A stretch of 64,000 bases of DNA, taken from positions 6,696,001 through 6,760,000 of the forward strand of contig CM059432.1 in NCBI GenBank assembly GCA_030390025.1, in the 5' to 3' direction. The notes below the pieces were generated by a model. The model was not told the origin of the DNA. It did not search any database and saw only the letters and a program-made list of their open reading frames with translations. This DNA is from Squalus acanthias (taxonomy: Eukaryota). Made by a program: the position numbers and the translations under genes. Positions 26,868-38,688 of this stretch are shown piece after piece. The first letter of the stretch is position 1; each line of letters opens with the position of its first letter.

Positions 26868-27345
26868 GTGTGTCAGCTGTGGCTCAGTTGGTAGCATTCT
26901 TGCCTCCGAGTCAGAAGGTTGTGGGTTTCAAGTCCCACTCCAGAGACTTGAGCACAAAAATCTAGGCTGACACTCCCAGTGCCAGTGCTGAGGGAGCGCT
27001 GCGCTGTCGGAGGTGCCGTCTTTCGGATGAGATGTTAAACCGAGGCCCCGTCTGCTCTCTCAGGTGGACGTAAAAGATCCCAGGGCCACTATTTTGAAGA
27101 AGAGCAGGGGAGTTACCCCCAGTGTCCTAGGCAATATTTATCCCTCAACCAACTTCACTAGAAATCAGATTATCTGGGCATTATCACATTGCTGTTTGTG
27201 GGAGCTTGCTGTGTGCAAATTGGCTGCTGCGTTTCCCACATTACAACAGTGACGACACTCCAAAAAGTTCTTCATTGGCTGTAAAGCGCTTTGGGACGTC
27301 TGGTGGTCGTGAAAGGCGCTGTAGAAATCTAAGTCTTTTTCTTTT
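26868..27345 (+). mobile_element. SacSINE1-like Deu-SINE, full length
   Basis: A-box tggctcagttgg, B-box-like ggtttcaagtcc, core gatgagatgttaaaccgaggccccgtctg, tail gtgaaaggcgctgtagaaat. Confidence 0.92.
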
Positions 27346-27636
27346 AAGTATCCATGCATCTCATTTCCAATTTTCTTTTTAACACTTTTAACATTTGGTT
27401 CTTTATAGAATGTGATCATGCAGCGGCTGGGGTCCAAAATGGAAAGGTTGCCATCTTGGTGTTCCCACGGCTGCGCACGTAAACATTGCCTCTGACCTTC
27501 CCGCCCACCCTCCCTCCGCCCGGCTCATTTACTTGTGCTACTGAGCAGATTTAATATGTGCAGCCCAGTGGCGCTCTGTTTTAGTGCATCAACAATGACC
27601 ATATCTGCAGGTGCGGGCGAGCTGGCTTTGTTTAAT

Positions 27637-28090
27637 AAGAACATAAGAATTTGGAGCAGGACTCGGCCATACGGCCCCTCGAGCCTGCTCCGCCATTCAA
27701 TAAGATCATGGCTGATCTTCAAACCTCAACTCCACTTTCCCGTTCGATCTCCATATCCCTTGATTCCCCTCGAGTCCAAAAATCTATCGATCTCAGCCTT
27801 GAATATTCTCAACGACTCAGCATTCACAGCCCTCTGGGGTAAAGAATTCCAAAGATTCACAACCCACTGAGTGAAGAAATTCCTCCTCATCTCAGTCTTA
27901 AATGGCCGACCCCTTATCCTGAGACTATGACCCCTGGTCCTAGCCAGGGGGAAACAACCTCTCCGCATCTACCCTGTCAATTCCCCTCAGAATCTTGTAT
28001 GTTTCAATGAGATCACCTCTCATTCTTCTAATCTACTCAGTCTCTTCTCAAAGGACAACCCTCTCATCCTAGGGATCATTCTAGTGAACC
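27637..28090 (-). mobile_element. CR1 LINE 3' end
   Basis: ORF 27726-27968: TRGHSLRIRGRPFKTEMRRNFF. Confidence 0.9.
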
Positions 28091-28093
28091 GTA

Positions 28094-29557
28094 GGCCACG
28101 AATTTAATTATGCTATGGGGGTGGGTCCGCTGTCAACCTGCCTCCACGCGCGTCTCCCAGGTGTTGGGTCTGTCAGCGCAGAACTGACCTGACACCATTC
28201 GGCGGGGGAGACAGTTCTGGTACTTAAACGGCTTGTTAAGAGCTAATTTAAGAGTATTTTGAGGCTTACTTGTAATTTTACCTTCTTCCCCCTGGTTACC
28301 TGCTGTTCAACTCAACCTGGCGTGTTTTGAGTCTGCTCTGATGTTTGTGAAAAGCTGACAGCTGCAGAAGTGGTGTCAAGGATGCCATGTTGGAGATGGT
28401 GAGTTTCAGAGCACAGAAAATGTTGGTTACTGCATTTTTAATACATATAGAGATTTCTTTAGCTTACAAGTTTTTAGATCCAACTGTATACCACCTCATT
28501 GGGAGAACCTCTCTCACCAGTGACAGATCGCTTCTGTCATCTCACCTGCAGCTGCCATCTATTCCAGCAACATTGGAGCCAATGAAACAATCAGACCTTG
28601 GTCCTCCGAATCCTTCCATGATCAGCCCCAACACGAACCTCACCAACCTTCTCCACCATCACCTGATGCTGCACTGGACACAGGGCATCAGCCCCTGACA
28701 ACAATGCTGGCCGGGAGGCCAGCGATGACATCACCATGGCCAGATTTTCTTCACTTGACGCTGTAAACCCTGGCTGCCACATGATGCACCAGGTTGACAC
28801 CATCCCACACCAGCACCGTAAAACATCCTTTTAATTTCCAAGCCATTCCATGCACACACATCACGATAGCTTGGGTGGGTTTTGACTGAACAATCACTGG
28901 AACTCAGTAAGACACTTCTCAAGGTGCGCTCAGATATGGCCAATAAGGGTCACTTTTTGAAAAATAGATTTCACTGTATGACAACACATTACCAGAAGCT
29001 TCACATGGACATTGGCTAAACCTCTCAAATGCCTCCCTTGTGTGTTGTTAGTTGGTATGCTTGCAGTAGGATGAGGGTGAGTGTGAGGGGTGGCTAGTGA
29101 GATGGGGAAGTGATAAAGTAGATAGAGAGGGTTGGGTGGAGGTGCATGGTAAGATGGTGTCCTGGGGAGGTCTCTTCCGCCCTTGGAAGGGAAGAGAACC
29201 TCCCTGCGTGCTGTGACTCCCTCCATAAGCATATGGAGGGAGTCATTGGAGAGCCTGGGTTCAAGCGTTCACCTTTGTGCAGTGCTTGTCAGTGTTTGCA
29301 GCACCTCAATGCTGTGAAACACTGACAGGACAACTGTCAAACTCCATGTGGACGTGGTCCCTTTAAGGAAACCGGCTGATGACGCGTCATCAAATGATGT
29401 CATCAGACCCGCTTCCTGTTAATTGGCTGGTAAGCCCGCAGGGTGGGGCTTAACAAGGCCAATCAAAGGAAAATCACGTCTGCAGAGCGGAGGTGGCTGG
29501 GGGTGGGACCGGAACCCGGAAACCAGCTATCCCGCCTCCAGAATTAAATTCGCAGCC
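28094..29557. mobile_element. PIF/Harbinger internal-deletion derivative with coding relics
   Basis: TIRs GGCCACGAATTTAAT and GGCTGCGAATTTAAT (reverse complement), flanks gta/tta; Myb/SANT-like relic LMEGVTARREVLFPSKG on the minus strand; shares blocks with the 33.5 kb and 62.7 kb elements in reverse orientation. Confidence 0.75.
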
Positions 29558-29805
29558 TTAGTTTCACTGCCTCTAAGGCAAGTATGTCCTTCCTCAGATA
29601 ATGCCCTTCCCTTTCTATAACAAGGGCACAATTCGCAAGTCCAGTTTCTGACGAAAGCCCTAGTTGCATTTACATTTGGGAATGATTAAATCATGCCAAA
29701 AACAAATATAATTGAACTAGGTTTTCTCTTACATGAAATACTTAACGTCATTTATGCACATTTGGCAGAATGTAAAGTCATCCATTGTTGAAGTTGGTAG
29801 TTTGT

Positions 29806-30150
29806 TCACTGTTGGAGGTGCTGTCTTTCAAATGAGATGTTAAATCGAGGCCCTGTCTGCTCTCTCAGGTGGACATAAAAGATCCCGCGGCCACTATTTC
29901 GAAGAAGAGCAGGGGAGTTATCCCTGGTGTCCTGACCAATATTTATCCCTCAATCAACATAACAAAAACAGATTATCTGGTCATTATCACATTGCTGTTT
30001 GTGGGAGCTTGCTGTGCGCAAATTGGCTGCCGCGTTTCCTACATTACAACAGTGACTGCACTCCAAAAAAAAAGTACTTCATTGGCTGTAAAGCGCTTTG
30101 AGACGTCCGGTGGTCGTGAAAGGCGCTACAGAAATGCAAGTCTTTCTTTA
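29806..30150 (+). mobile_element. SacSINE1-like Deu-SINE, 5'-truncated
   Basis: Core and tail present, head missing. Confidence 0.9.
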
Positions 30151-30979
30151 AATAAGGACTGATTTCATTCATTACACCAACTTACTGTATACAGGAATGC
30201 AACTTCAAAGGGCTAATTCTGCTGCAGTGTGGCAGTTTTCAAGTACGTAAAATACTACTGTAGGTGTGAGGGTTATCTCTTCCGAGCTCATGGTAAAATG
30301 AACTGTTTATATTATAAATATATATACAGATGTCTCGTGGTCGACATTGTTTAAACAAAGAAAATGAATGAACAGAAAACAGTAAACCTTAGGAACTGAC
30401 TTGCTCTTTGAGGTAGTGATGCATTACCAACCACTTCCTACAGTAAATGATAACCTGCAAGAAGGGATTGCTTATGAGAGTTGGGAAGTGGACTTTATGT
30501 CCAAACAGTGAGGAACCAAAGTAAGAATGAACTGGCTTTTGTTTACATCTACCATCAACTTAATCATCGCCTGAATCAGGATTCGGTAACATCAGCACTG
30601 ATATCGAAACAGGACACACTGCTCTCTCTGCTAAGTGCTTTCTGGAGACTCCAAAGCTACTGAATGTAAACCACTTGTTAAAAGTGGGACAAAATTGCTA
30701 TCTTTTAATTTCCTCAACAACTCAGACATGGAGCAATTTATTTTCAGCACAGTAGTAGCCCTCATCATTCTTCCTTTGGGTATTCTAACCGGAGGGATTG
30801 ATTTCATGGAGCTTTTCCCCCCACTGTGTGTGGCATTTCTGGAAACTTGTGATGATTTTCCTGAGACTGTGGGCCATGCAGCATTCTGAAATACTGTAGT
30901 AACTTTCATGGGATAATGCACTAAAATCGAGAAAAGTTTTTAAAAAGCTTGCAGCACCAGATTTGCGCGGTGAAATCGG

Positions 30980-31355
30980 AAAGAAAGAAAAGAAAGACTT
31001 GCAATTGATACGGTGCCTTTCATGGCCACCGGACATCCTAAAACACTCTACAGCCAATGAAGTACTTCTTTGAAGTGTAGTCACTGTTGTAATGTGGGAA
31101 ACGCGGCAGCCAATTTGCGCACAGCAAGCTCCCACAAACAGTAATGTGATAATGACCAGATAATCTGTTGTTGTGTGACGTTGATTGAGGGATAAATATT
31201 GGCCAGGATACCGGGGATAACTCCCCTGCTCTTCTTCGAAATAGTGCCGTGGGATCTTTTACGCTCACCTGAGAGAGCAGACGGGGCCTCGGTTTCACGT
31301 CCCATCTGAAAGACGGCACCTCCGACAGTGCAGCGCTCCCTCAGTACTGCGCTGA
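30980..31355 (-). mobile_element. SacSINE1-like Deu-SINE, 5'-truncated
   Basis: Reverse copy of core and tail. Confidence 0.9.
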
Positions 31356-32789
31356 AAGTAACTATTTCAAACTCGATCCAAGTAATTGAAGTGGATGAAT
31401 CGAAAAGTACGTTACTCTCGTAAACACTGAGGTCTTAATGCAAGCATAGAAAACTAGCAAAATCTGAAAATCCCGAAAATAGCCTTAAATATAGGCCTAT
31501 AACATGTAAAAACAAGTTAGAAATGTCTCTTGATTTTGGTACCAAATATCAGAAGATAAATGATGTGAGACATTGGGCTTTGATGTAGACATTATACCTT
31601 GGCTAAAAGGTTTACTAATGTCAGTAGTAATGAGGTGTAGGTTTACCAATAACATAAATTATTGAATTAGACATCTAAATAAAGAGACTAATGCAAAGAA
31701 CATTGATGTAAAGAGCATAATTAGTCAACTTACGAGCACAGGAAGACCACACAGAACCAGAACAGATAAACATGTTTTTTTAAGATTAGCTCTAAAAATT
31801 AGTTTGTGCAATTTATACAGTAATTCAACATGGTCAATGATAAATCTATATTTTCGATTGACTTGGGGAGGGTCGGACAGGAATTTGCTGGATTGTTTTT
31901 CCCTAATTAGCCTTGTTTTTTTTCACCTCTTCTCGGAGATTATGCAGACCCAGATAAGTAGAGAATGTCTCAATTATGAAGCATAAAACCATCACGACTG
32001 TATGGGACAGGCTAGATGGGCCAGCTGGTCGTCTTCTGTCTGGCATTTCTCGTATGTTCCTGATTTGCCTTATTTCTCAAACAAGATGTCAATTAAGTAA
32101 GCACAAACGCAAGCACCCAATCTTACCATTGCCAAACTATTGATAAAGGACTTCCTTTGTCCTAATCCCTGGATGAGAAACCCAGTGTCCGCTCGTTGCT
32201 TCATTTTGTGAGGCCCTGGATTACAGTGCGAGTCCCAGTTAATCTCCTCAGCCTGATTTATTCTTTATCTTAGATCCCAGTAGAACAATCTGTTGTATCC
32301 TTATCTCCAGTCTTGTTTCTGCCCCTCGCTCGGCTTCAGCTCGTTCTCTGTTTTGCCACCCACTTTTCTGTGTTTGCTCTGCACCTCTCACTCTACATCG
32401 CCATAGCTCACTCCATGCTTTCCCTCGACCGTTCTGTGGTTGTAACTCCGATTTTAAGTGAGGGAAATAAGTGTGACATGCGGGGACGAAGCAAGCGACA
32501 GGGCTTCTTCACATTTTAACGCCCCAGCCTCGTATTAAATTTAGCAACTCTGCCTTCTGGTGGCGATGAGGTAGACGGGATTTTGTGCGGCTAGAGGCCG
32601 CCGCCAGGGACCGGAGGGAACAGTGCCCGGCACTAAGGTTATTGGGCGGACGGGGGTTGGGTGCCGATCGTGGGGTGGGGTGGGGTGGAGGGAGGAGAGT
32701 GGAGGATGGGGCTGGGTGGAAGCACGGGGCGCGGGATGCCCAAGATTTTCTTGTGGAGCCAGGAAGGGCACTCCTACTCCTTACCACTG

Positions 32790-33090
32790 GTAAGTGTGCA
32801 ACACTACTGCGACCTCTACCGCCCAGAAGGGCGCATGAGAACACCACCACCTCCAAGTTCCCCTCCAAGTCACACACCATCCTGACTTGGAAATATATCG
32901 TCATTCCTTCATTGTTGCTGGGTCAAAATTCTGGAACTCCCTCCCTAACAGCACTGTGGGAGTACCTTCACCACACGGACTGCAGCGGTTCAAGAAGGCG
33001 GCTCACCACCACCTTCTCAAGGGCAACTAGGGATGGGCAATAAATGCTGGCCTTGTCAGCAATGCCCACATCCCATGAACGAAAAAAAAA
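32790..33090 (+). mobile_element. LINE 3' end (probable partner of the second SINE family)
   Basis: ctggaactccctccctaac (WNSLPN), 3' UTR shared with the SINEs at 24923, 45622, 49045 and 60705; A-rich tail. Confidence 0.8.
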
Positions 33091-33502
33091 ACACTGCAGT
33101 TTAGTGCTGAGGTACGACGGGTTCCAGACAATCTGAATCCCAATAAGTGTATGAAAATTGCTCTCTCGTGCCAACAATACAGACACAAGGCTCTTGTTTG
33201 TCTTTTTGGTTTTCTGTTTTACTTCTGAAAGTTCAGAAATTAATTTGACATAACCTTCCCATCAGATAGTGGTGTTAGTTTTCAGCACTGTCAAATTAAT
33301 TTCTGAGCTTGCAGAAGTAAAACAGAAAACCTTTCTTTCCCTTGCCACAGGGTGTGACCTGAAAGCTTAACAAACTAATTGTCCCAAAGAGACAGGAGTT
33401 CTCCCATACCCTGCTAACAGTTAATAGGTTAATAGCAGAGTAAGAAAACAAATCAAAAGAAAACACTTACAACATTATATATTGGATTCATATAAACTCT
33501 AC

Positions 33503-34338
33503 GGCTGTGATTTTCTTGTTCGAGGCGGCTTAGGAGTGGGTCAGGTGGCTTCCGGGTTCCAGTCCCGCCCCCAACGACATCCGGCCCACAGACGTGATTT
33601 TGCGTCAATTGGCCTCGTTAAGCCCGCCCTGCAGGCTTGCCGGCCAATTAGGAGGAAGCCGGTGTCAGATGACGTCATTTGATGACGTGTCATCTGCCGG
33701 TTTTCTTAAAGGGGCCACGCACTTTTTTTTGACAGCTGATTTCTCAGTGTTTGACAGCATTGTGGCGCTGCAAACACTGACAATCACTGTACAAAGGTGA
33801 GTTCTTGCACCCAGGCTTACCAGTGACTCCCTCCTTAGGCTAGAACAGATGGCAGCTGCAGGTGAGGTTACAGATCTGTCACTGGTGAGAGAGGTTCTCC
33901 CAATGAGGTGGGACTACACATACAAATCAAAACTTGTTACCTAAGTCTAAATGCATTAAAAATGAATTTCCCAACATTTTCTTACCTCTGAAACTCACCA
34001 GTGCACCATTGGATCCTTCACACCACTTCTGCAGCTGTCATCAATGCATAAACATTACAGCAGACTCGCAACTCGCCACACTTACCTGGCGTGGTGTCCG
34101 GACATTGGGACACTCGCAGTAGAAGTGTCAAAATTGGAAAAAGCCTGTTAACTGCCTGTTAACAACCTGTTAACAAGCAGTTAAGTGGCTATAATCCTCT
34201 TCCCGCCGCTAGGTGTTGGGTCCATGCGCAAATCGGGGACCCGACACTTGGGAAGATTGATTGGAGGCGGGTTGACAGCGATTTTGCCGGATGTCCCGCC
34301 TCCAAACCCGCCCCCTGAGCACCGGCAAAATTCCGGCC
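33503..34338. mobile_element. PIF/Harbinger-like non-autonomous element, copy A
   Basis: TAC|GGCTGTGATTTT ... AAAATTCCGGCC|TAC; colinear with 62735-63597. Confidence 0.85.
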
Positions 34339-34456
34339 TACCTTTTTATCGGGTTGCTGTGCTGAATTACTGTCAGAACATGTTTTCCATAAACACAATA
34401 ATGCAAGATTAACAATTGATTGTGACTTTGTATAAATGGTTTTAAAATAACTAATC

Positions 34457-35275
34457 AACAACAACAACTTGTGCTTATATAGCGCCTTTAACGTAGTAAA
34501 ACCTCCCAAGGCGCTGCACAGGAGTATTTTCAGACAAAAAATTTGACACTGAGCCACATAAGGATAAATTAGGGCAGGTGACCAAAAGCTTGGTCAAAGA
34601 GGTAGGTTTTAAGGAGCATCTTAAAGGAGGAGAGAGAGGCGGAGAGATTTAGGGAGGGAATTCCAGAGCTTAGGGCCCAGGCAACAGAAGGCACGGCCAC
34701 CAAAGGTTGAGCGATTATAATCAGGAATGCTCGAGGGCAGAATTAGAGGAGTGCAGATATCTCCGGGGGTGGGGTGGGGGGGGGGGTGCGGGGTGGTTGT
34801 GCTGCTGAAGGAGATTACAGAGATAGTAAGGGGCAAGGCCATGGAGGGATTTGAAAACAAGGATGAGAATTTTGAAATCGAGGCGCTGTTTAACCAGGAG
34901 CCTTAATCGGGAGCCTTAATCGTCATTAACACCACTAACTTGCATTTATCTAGTGCTTTTAATGTAGTAAAACATCCCATGGTGCTTCACAGGAGTGTTA
35001 GCAAACAAAATTTGACACCGAGCCGCATGAGATATTTGGACAGGTGACCAAAAGCTTGGTCAAAGAGGTAGGTTTTAACGAGCGTCTTAAAGGAGGAAAG
35101 AGAGGTAGAGGTTTTGAGGTTTAGGGAGAGGATTCCAGAGCTTCGTCCTTGGCAGCTGAAGGCACGGCCGCCAATAGTGGGTGGTGAAAATCAGGGATGC
35201 ACAAGAGGCCAGCATTGGAATAGAGCAGAAATTCCAGAGGGTTGCGGAGCTGGAAGAAGTTGCAGAGATAGGGAG
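34457..35275 (-). mobile_element. Two adjacent L2 3' ends
   Basis: Two successive copies starting near 34457 and 34935, each with gaccaaaagcttggtcaaagaggtaggtttt. Confidence 0.85.
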
Positions 35276-35794
35276 GCAAGTTGTTGTTGTTGTTGTCGTC
35301 AGTAGGACTTGAAATTCCTGGGGAGGCCTTGGGAGAATGGTGGAGTGGAACCTCCATGCACTCAGTGCTGAAGTCCCTGACCCCTCCGAAATCTCAAGGT
35401 CCGGGTAAGTTAAATGTGAAAGGCAGGCACCCACACCGTCTCCAGTATAACGGGAGGAAGGAATTTCACTGTGACAACTTGCTGCAACATTCTTGGTCCC
35501 ACGGGGATCTAGGAAGATGGAAAAAATAATTAAAACGCTCCCTTTGTATCTTCGACTAGTTTTGGAAATGCTGAAACAGTTAATAAGGCTCAGCAGTCCT
35601 GACACTCTTTCCATCCCACCCCTCACTTCCCCATTGCCCTAGGAATGCTGAATGCCAAACTCATACGTGTCCGTGGCATCCACGTTGTTAAGGGTGTAGA
35701 TCAGAAAAATTCATAGTATGAAGTATCTTCTTCATTTACACCATTATTGGACATCGGGTATATTAATGGGCCTGCCCCAGGATTTCATAGAATC

Positions 35795-36215
35795 ATAGAA
35801 GATAGGAGCAGGAGTAGGCCATTCGGCCCCTCGAGCCTGCTCCGCCATTCAATGAGATCATGGCTGATCATCCAAATTCAGTACCCTGTCCCTGCCTTCT
35901 CCCCATATCCCTTGATCCTTTTAGCCTTAAGAAATATATCTAACTCCTTCTTGAATATATTTAATGAGTTGGCCTCAACTGCCTTCTGTGGTAGAGAATT
36001 CCACAGGTTCACCACTCTCTGGGTGAAGAAATTCCTCCTCATCTCAGTCCTAAATGGCTTACCCCTTATCCTGAGACTGTGACCCCTGGTTCTGGACTCC
36101 CCGGCCATCGGGAACATCCTTCCTGCATCTAGTCTGTCTAGTCCTGTTAGAATTTTATAAGTTTCAATGAGATCCCCTCTCATTCTTCTAAACTCCAATC
36201 AACCCAATCTCTCCT
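35795..36215 (-). mobile_element. CR1 LINE 3' end
   Basis: ORF 35878-36198: RRMRGDLIETYKILTG...WNSLP. Confidence 0.92.
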
Positions 36216-38688
36216 CTAATAGAACAGAAAAGAGGCAAGACCCCAATGGTTCAATCGCCAAGTTGTCCTTTTGATTTTGTTTTGAGTACCTTGCCACATT
36301 TAGTGCCCCCCCTCAACCTTACCCCAGGCTGGCAGTCCACAGTGACATTGCCCTCCCCTGCTACAGGAATTTCGGGGTCATTGTGTTTTTCATTGCATTG
36401 CTATTGATTGCAATCCTGTTACTCTGCAGGATAATTTTTCATAAGGATGCCTCTTTTATACATGGCATCTAGGTAACATAATCTTAAGATTGTACTGTGT
36501 TGCACCTGTCCAGCTTCCACTGAACATTTACTGCTAACTAATTTGTCCCTATACAATGATGTAGTTCACTTTCGGTAGAAATAATAAACAACTACTTGCT
36601 CTCCTGCGGTGTTGCTGATGGGTAGCCTGGGCTTTGGTGAATGGTTGTAAAGTTTAACTGCTAAGATGGTGCTATGTTTGAGTTGGTCAGCCTCTTTAAG
36701 GCCACTGCTCAAGTAGTCCCCTGTGGAAAAGTAATCTAAATCTTGAGGATAATTGACAGCTACTTGCAAATTCCTGGCTCCTGCCCTTGGGGAGAGGCAA
36801 GTTATCAAGGTCAGAAAAAAAGCAGAAAATTACTGACTTTCTTTAATATATTTGCGTCAGTTTCAATGATGCTGGATGCCTGTTAGTTGGAATTGTAAAA
36901 AAAAAATAATTCTTCCAGCATATTTACAATGGCTTGGCCCACATTAAAATGGAAAATGCACTTTTAATTGGACTGGAGTGTTATACCGTATAATGCATAC
37001 AATGTATTCTACAAAGCTGGAACTTTAAAACCGCAGTCTTAATGTTAATTCAACACAATCTTAAGGTCATTCAGAGTTGAATTGCTTGGTTGGGGAACTT
37101 TGGACATTGAAATGTGGCTGTCAGTTTTAGGCTGCACCCAGCATTTTAAGATTGTTTTAGCATCTGGAACAAAAAATACAATATTTGTACTGACAGGTAA
37201 AACAATATTTTTAATGAATTATTTTTAATTATTAGATCTCCTGTGGTGCTGCTCAGTGAGTAAGAGGACATGCTGTTTTACAAGGCACAATAATTATCAG
37301 TGTTGCTGATTTACAATATCTGAATAAATTCAATTCAATTTTTATTACATAGTGCTAAGGGGTTTTTACTAGACATTTTGAGACTGAATTTCGCAATCCT
37401 GCCATTGTTCTATGAAAGATATGAGTCAGTAGGCTGATAGTTACATGTTCCTCTTTGTGTATACTATATCTCAGATTTAACTTCCTATTCAAAGCCCAGG
37501 ATACACAGCAAGATTTTATGGTAACATATACTTGGTTGGAGATAGTTCGTTCACTGGGAATAAGGGAATTATTTTATTCTGCAGCACTGGGGTAAAGGAG
37601 TTAGACAGAGTTGTGAGATTTGCGGTAGTTGGAGGCGGCGATGTTAATAGTTTTCATATGAACATTTTTGTTTGAAAATAACTTCCAAAATTAATTTGCC
37701 CTTCTTGACCGCACCGCAGCTGGCTAAATAAATTGATACATAGCTGCATAATTAAATATTTCTGTTATTGAATTCAGGGTGCAAAGCACAGCTGGTCTCT
37801 CTCACTCTCTGACAAAGCCTCCGTCTGAAATGAAAAGACTATTCTTAGTTTTCATGTCAAACTCCTCTCTGGAAAAAAAACTTTTGAATTTGAATGCCAG
37901 TTAATTTTCAAGTGTCTTGGAAAAACAAACTATTTTTCTAGAAACTGTTTCTGAATTCTAATTACAAACACAATGAAGCACAAGTGCTTTAATCAGCGCA
38001 TATGTCTGTCTCCTTCTCTGTCTCTCTCGGATGGCGTCTCTGAAGTAAGAGACACTCGTTAGTTTTTACGTGGAACTTTTATCGGAGAAAAGGCTTTTTA
38101 AAAATTGGGCTCCAATATCTGGACAAACAAACTGATAAATACTGTTACAGCTTGAGAGGAGGAATGCTTGAGGTCACTCAAAGAGAATCACAGTTATGTA
38201 CGCTGGTATGTTTTCCATACAGCTCAAACTCGAGAGTGTGATATTCTGCAAATTGTGGCCCGAGTGTCTCTGGACTCCACTGTCGGCCAATGAGTTGGAC
38301 TCACAGCCAAACCGTGCCTTTTTCAGCAAACAAAGGAAACAGCAAAGCAAACCCAGTCTATTTACTCAGCAAACAGCAAAGCAAACACAGCAAAGCAAAG
38401 CAAACAGTCTATTTACAGAGTTTATTTGAAAAGAGCCTCCACCAACTGGAACAGACAGAAACTTGTGCGTAAAATCAATCCCAGTCACTTACAGCAGTGC
38501 GGTCTCCAGCCGTGATTGACGGGGGAATTACCCAATCATTTCCATTTTGCCCGGGAGTAGTGGTGTCGCCATATGCTGCAAATGGTGGCTACAGGCACAG
38601 TTGCCAAATTCCTTTAGGCTCAAAGAGCGCGACTTCCGGAAAGAATATCCAGTCCAACCCTAGGCTTTAAATAGGCGGAGGCCTCTCC

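Noticed and set aside
26868..26945. tRNA-like sequence with A and B boxes
   Set aside because: It is a SINE head continuous with the SINE body; not a tRNA gene.
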